This document shows, one piece after another, positions 29,862-33,898 of a DNA stretch of 33,898 bases. Below the pieces are notes generated by a model. That model was not told the origin of the DNA, did not search any database, and saw only the letters and a program-made list of their open reading frames with translations. Position 1 is the first letter of the stretch. The number at the start of each line of letters is the position of its first letter. The DNA comes from Variovorax sp. YR752 (GTDB taxonomy: Bacteria > Pseudomonadota > Gammaproteobacteria > Burkholderiales > Burkholderiaceae_C): assembly GCA_943372425.1 (NCBI GenBank), contig CALRYR010000001.1, positions 1 to 33,898 on the forward strand. The letters are read 5' to 3'. Made by a program: the position numbers and the translations under genes.

Positions 29862-31571
29862 TCACGCCCATGGCCGCCCCTGGTCATCGTGCAGATCGGT
29901 CAATGTCACGTCGACCAGCCCCGAGGACCGGACCTGGTTGGCGTTGTCCAGCCACAGCCAGCTCAGCTGGTGTGCTCCGATCTCCAGGTGTTGCGCCTTG
30001 GGGTCCGGGAAGTGCTGGCCCTGCTCCACATACGCAAAACCGCGATCGCCTGCGTTGTAGACCTTCGCCAGCGGATGGTCCGGTCGCACCTGTCCGACCC
30101 ACACGCCGGTTCGGGGGCAAGGGCGTGCGCCGTTGCACCGTAGCACGGGCTCCGGCACGCGGGTGTCGCGGGCGATGCCCTGCACGACCAGGGGGTGCGC
30201 CGGCGCAGCGGCGAGCAGGACGGCTTCGCCCAGGTAGTGCCAACTCGCAGGGTTGACCCGGGCGTACTCGCCCATGCGTCGGCGGTCGGTCGCGCCGAAG
30301 GTCTCGCCCTTGGCATAGCGCAGGGGAACCTGAAGGTCGTTCCATTCGCGCTGGAATGCACGGCCCACATCCTTCACCCGTGCGATCCAGTAGCCGCTGT
30401 AGGGCACCACGGCTTGTTCTGACTGGAGCACGATGAGGTAGCGGCCGCCGTAGTTGAGCGGCTGGGCGACGCGTTCGGCGGCTGGTGGCAGGGGCTGGCG
30501 CGCCAAGCCATAGCCTTGCGGAATGTGGGCACGGCCGGTGCGCTGCGAACCGGCGCTGGGCGGGGTCTTGGGCACGGGCACCAGCCGCTTGGCGGCATCG
30601 ATCAGGGTCTGGGGGTCGCCATCCCACATGGGGAGGTCGGCGGGGGGTAAAGGCAGCACCTTGTCCAGGTTGGGCAGGCGGAGGTCGGGGTTGCGTTCGA
30701 GGGCGTCGGCAAGGTCGCTGTAGCGGTCGGCACGGGCTGTATCGATCCTGTGTCCGTTCAAAGGCTCGGCATCACGAAAGGTTGCAGACAAGTAGCCTGC
30801 ACTTTGTGAACTACCGAATTTCACTGCATCGTGGAGGATGTTGAGGGCGTGAGCGTAGTACGGGGCGGTTTCGCCGGGCGTGAGCCCCAGTGACATGCCC
30901 AACTTAAAGGCACCGTCCCCATTGGCCTGTGCATAGCTACATTCCAACATCTTGAGACCCACCTTCTCGTTGCCCCAGAACCCTTGGCTTGGGTTGTCAT
31001 AGGTGGCATCCAACTTCTCACCCAAGAAGGCTTGCGCCGCCGCACTCCCCATGTCCGCCGCCAGTTGCCAGAACCCATAGGCCCGGCTGGTGTCACCCTT
31101 CACACCGATGCTGCGCTGGTGGTACGTGCCCATCTTGTCGAAGGCCGCCGGCACGCCTTGCTTCATCAAGCCTTCGACGATCTGCACCGCCTTCTCGGTG
31201 TCCTGGTCAACGCCCAGGCCCTGCTCGTACAGGCCCGCCAGATTCAAAGCAGCTTTCCAGTGCCCCAGGTCCGCCGCCTGCCTCCACAGAACGGCAGCCT
31301 TCGCGTAGTCGCGTTTGTCTTCGGTCCACGACCGCTCGTAGCGAGTCACGGCCATGCCCTCCTGGAAGAGCGCGTCCGCCTCCGCGGTGATCGGTGGATT
31401 CGCGTCGGCCTCGTACTTGCAGATGAAGTCGGCCCGGTGCGGATCGAAGACCTTGAGATTCATGTTGCGGGGCAGGCTACTCATGGTGCAGGCAATCAGA
31501 CTGAAGGAAGTAAAGGCAGTGGCCAGCAGCAAGGCGGGCCAACGAGGGTGAGGTAGTCGGGGCATGCTCAT
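29862..31571 (-). CDS. Sel1-like repeat lipoprotein, probable immunity protein for the adjacent phospholipase (Tli5/DUF6396-like), with C-terminal extension
   Basis: Lipobox LIAC (Cys28). Sel1-like repeats (WRQAADLGHWKAALNLAGLYEQGLGV; WQLAADMGSAAAQ). PNLDKVLPLPPADLPMWDG motif. ATGA overlap with the PLD stop. Confidence 0.82.
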   Translation of the reverse strand: MSMPRLPHPRWPALLLATAFTSFSLIACTMSSLPRNMNLKVFDPHRADFICKYEADANPPITAEADALFQEGMAVTRYERSWTEDKRDYAKAAVLWRQAADLGHWKAALNLAGLYEQGLGVDQDTEKAVQIVEGLMKQGVPAAFDKMGTYHQRSIGVKGDTSRAYGFWQLAADMGSAAAQAFLGEKLDATYDNPSQGFWGNEKVGLKMLECSYAQANGDGAFKLGMSLGLTPGETAPYYAHALNILHDAVKFGSSQSAGYLSATFRDAEPLNGHRIDTARADRYSDLADALERNPDLRLPNLDKVLPLPPADLPMWDGDPQTLIDAAKRLVPVPKTPPSAGSQRTGRAHIPQGYGLARQPLPPAAERVAQPLNYGGRYLIVLQSEQAVVPYSGYWIARVKDVGRAFQREWNDLQVPLRYAKGETFGATDRRRMGEYARVNPASWHYLGEAVLLAAAPAHPLVVQGIARDTRVPEPVLRCNGARPCPRTGVWVGQVRPDHPLAKVYNAGDRGFAYVEQGQHFPDPKAQHLEIGAHQLSWLWLDNANQVRSSGLVDVTLTDLHDDQGRPWA

Positions 31572-33838
31572 CCGAAGCGGATCGTGCTGGTGCGGTCGTC
31601 AAAGAACTTGACGAGGGAACATGTGAGAGGTCGGCCCTTTTTCTTACCGAAGAAATTGTTCTGGGCATGTTGTTCCCACTTCCTAAACGCGTCCTTCAAC
31701 ACCTTCTGATCCGCGGGGTCTGTTCCCCCATCCATGCCCTTGATCCCCTCCGTGTGCTGCGCCCACACCCGCCGCCTCAGCGCCGTGGCCGCCGCCCAGT
31801 TGTCGCTGGCCATGTTGATCTCGCTGTCCACCGCGAAGCTGCGCAGGTTCAGGTTGGCGCTGCCGAGCGTGAAGAACGCGTCGTCGATGATCATCAGCTT
31901 GCTGTGGATGTAGATCTCCCGATAGCGCTGGGCCGTGGCCTGCTGGAGTTGCTTGCTGCGGTCGGGCGGCTGGGGGATGGGCGCCCGGGTGTCCGTGTGG
32001 CTCTCCCACCCGCCCAGCGACACGTTGCGCGCCTGCGCCGCCGCGCGGTCGGCCTCGGCACGGCCGCGCTCGCGCAGCGCCTTCTCGTAGTCCTGCCGTT
32101 CCTGCTCGGCCTGCCGGCCCACCTTCGTGTTGCCCAGTGACCATTCCCGGTCGTATGTCCACAGGCTGCAGACGAGGGTGCGCATGCCCAGGGTGTTGGC
32201 CAGTTGGTCGCGCACGGCCTGGGCGTCCTTGCCGCCGCTGCTGGCCTGATGGGCCTTCGCCAGCTCGGACAGGGGCTGGGCGTAGGGCGGCGACATCGGG
32301 AATGGCAATCCCTTGGCCTCGAAGGACTTCTTCTTGGCCCGGTAGTCGGCCATGTCCCGCTCGTACTGCGCATGGGCGGCCAGTTCCTGCTGGATGCGCC
32401 TGTCCTGCTCCGGCATGGAGTCGCCCTGCCCGAGGTCGGTCACGACGTCATGGGTGCGCGGCACCATCTGCCCGCGCTCGGGCGTGGGGGTGACCGCCAT
32501 CACATGCAGCGTGGGGACGCGGGTCACCGGCACACCGGCTGCGCCCAGGCCTTGCACGTATTTCTTTCGCAGGTCCTTGAGGTAACGCGCCCACTCGCTG
32601 TTCTGGAAGTACTGGTTCTCGATGTAGATGAAGTGGCGCGCGAAGCTGCTGGCCTGGTAGTACGTGCGCTCGATGGCGCGCTCGATGGCACCATCGGCGC
32701 GGGGCAAGGTGCGCACGATCTGCACTCGCTGGTAGGGCCACCGTGTGTGCTGCGTGAGGTTCTTCGGCACCTTGTCGAGATCGACGCGGCGCGCGTCGTT
32801 GCTGCCCGCGCAAGCGTCCTGCTGGCGCGCCGTGTTCCAGGCTTCGACGAAGTTCTTGAAGACCGGGGCGATGGCCTCGCCTTCGATGCGGCACACGAAG
32901 TCCTGATAGGGCTTGAGCGTGGCCTGCCCCGAACTGGCGTATTCCCAGCCCGAGCCGACGGAGTGGTCCGCGCCGTCGCCCTCGTGGTTCTGGCCGCGCA
33001 GCGGGTCGTTGAAGGTGTGGGCGGGCGTGTCCCAGTAGTCGGTGACGGAGTTCAGGCCCATGACGTACGCCACGGGCGGTGCGTCGGCATCCGTGCTGTC
33101 GTAGTCGATGACGATGGTCTTCTGGTGATGGGTTGAGGCCAGCTCCAGCGATGTGTTCTCGGCGGCGGTCCGGGGACTGGCGCCATATCCCATGCCAGCG
33201 TTCAAGCTGGCCACGACATCGGCGTGGTGGCTCCCGCGCGTGCGCAGCGACAGGCCTTCGATCCTGCCGGCGACGGTGTCGTGGTACCAGACGGCGTTGA
33301 ACGTCTCTCTCCGTGCTTGGGGTGAATGGTCACGTCGGGCGTCGGCGGGTGCGCCCAGCGGGGTGTCGGCGCCCCGCGCATAGGTGTCGCCAGGCTGGCT
33401 CTTGCTGCCCTGGCTGCTCTTGTAGCCAGGCATGTTGTTCATGGCGAGGTTCAGCAGGGGGTCATGCCAGACCAGCAGGCGCACCTTGACGCTCCTTCGC
33501 GCCGCGGCCCGCAGCAAGTCGCCGTAGGTGGTGCTGGTGTCGTCGGGGGACGTTCCCCCGCGTGGCCAGGTGCCGCCTTTGGTGCCACGTACCAGTTCCA
33601 TGGCGGGGTCGAAGCCCCAGGCAATGATGTCGATGCTTCTGCGCGCGCGCTGGATGTCGGCAGCAATCTTTGCGAAGCTCTCCTGGCCACACAGGAACAC
33701 GGCCAGGTTGTTGAAGTGAAAGATCGGTGTCCCGGCGTCTTCGGCCGATTCGAGCAGCCACTGCGCGCATCCGGTGGCCGTGCGCGTGTGGTCGCTCAGC
33801 GGGACGGTGGCCTTGTGTTGGGTGTCAGGAGCGGACAT
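31568..33838 (-). CDS. Phospholipase D with two HKD motifs, probable T6SS Tle5/PldA-type effector
   Basis: HxKxxxxD motifs HQKTIVID and HSKLMIID followed by GSANLN.RS...DSE. WGFDP, FIYIENQYF. GGAG upstream of ATG 33838. No signal peptide. Followed by a Sel1 lipoprotein. The frame stays open to the window edge. Confidence 0.85.
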   Translation of the reverse strand: MSAPDTQHKATVPLSDHTRTATGCAQWLLESAEDAGTPIFHFNNLAVFLCGQESFAKIAADIQRARRSIDIIAWGFDPAMELVRGTKGGTWPRGGTSPDDTSTTYGDLLRAAARRSVKVRLLVWHDPLLNLAMNNMPGYKSSQGSKSQPGDTYARGADTPLGAPADARRDHSPQARRETFNAVWYHDTVAGRIEGLSLRTRGSHHADVVASLNAGMGYGASPRTAAENTSLELASTHHQKTIVIDYDSTDADAPPVAYVMGLNSVTDYWDTPAHTFNDPLRGQNHEGDGADHSVGSGWEYASSGQATLKPYQDFVCRIEGEAIAPVFKNFVEAWNTARQQDACAGSNDARRVDLDKVPKNLTQHTRWPYQRVQIVRTLPRADGAIERAIERTYYQASSFARHFIYIENQYFQNSEWARYLKDLRKKYVQGLGAAGVPVTRVPTLHVMAVTPTPERGQMVPRTHDVVTDLGQGDSMPEQDRRIQQELAAHAQYERDMADYRAKKKSFEAKGLPFPMSPPYAQPLSELAKAHQASSGGKDAQAVRDQLANTLGMRTLVCSLWTYDREWSLGNTKVGRQAEQERQDYEKALRERGRAEADRAAAQARNVSLGGWESHTDTRAPIPQPPDRSKQLQQATAQRYREIYIHSKLMIIDDAFFTLGSANLNLRSFAVDSEINMASDNWAAATALRRRVWAQHTEGIKGMDGGTDPADQKVLKDAFRKWEQHAQNNFFGKKKGRPLTCSLVKFFDDRTSTIRFG

Positions 33839-33898
33839 GGCGGCACTCCGATCTGTCGCTCGCGATGCCGAGGTGACCGCATCGCCGCCAAGGCCCCC

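Overview
High-GC, densely coding bacterial window whose gene content (two Bug/TctC solute receptors, LysR-gentisate cluster) suggests a Burkholderiales betaproteobacterium (inference). Left to right: (1) a Dpp/Opp-family ABC importer (binding protein cut by the left edge), followed in the same run by a YtcJ-like metal amidohydrolase, a COG0523/CobW GTPase and two EamA exporters; (2) a five-gene Liv/HAAT-family ABC importer, probably for aromatic or organic acids, behind an AT-rich promoter/operator; (3) a reactive-sulfur module: persulfide dioxygenase divergent from BigR-like ArsR, two YeeE/YedE proteins and DUF599; (4) tesB, an Old Yellow Enzyme and PPK2; (5) a small membrane protein divergent from a PQQ sugar dehydrogenase; (6) a LysR-controlled 3-hydroxybenzoate/gentisate operon with no maleylpyruvate isomerase but with two Bug proteins and an uncharacterised FAD oxidoreductase; (7) a hotdog thioesterase with a 23-bp duplication at its 3' end; (8) a compositionally mosaic phospholipase D (Tle5-like) effector with a Sel1-repeat lipoprotein immunity gene at the right edge. 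No rRNA, tRNA, CRISPR array or transposase was seen. All family calls come from motif recognition, not database searches.
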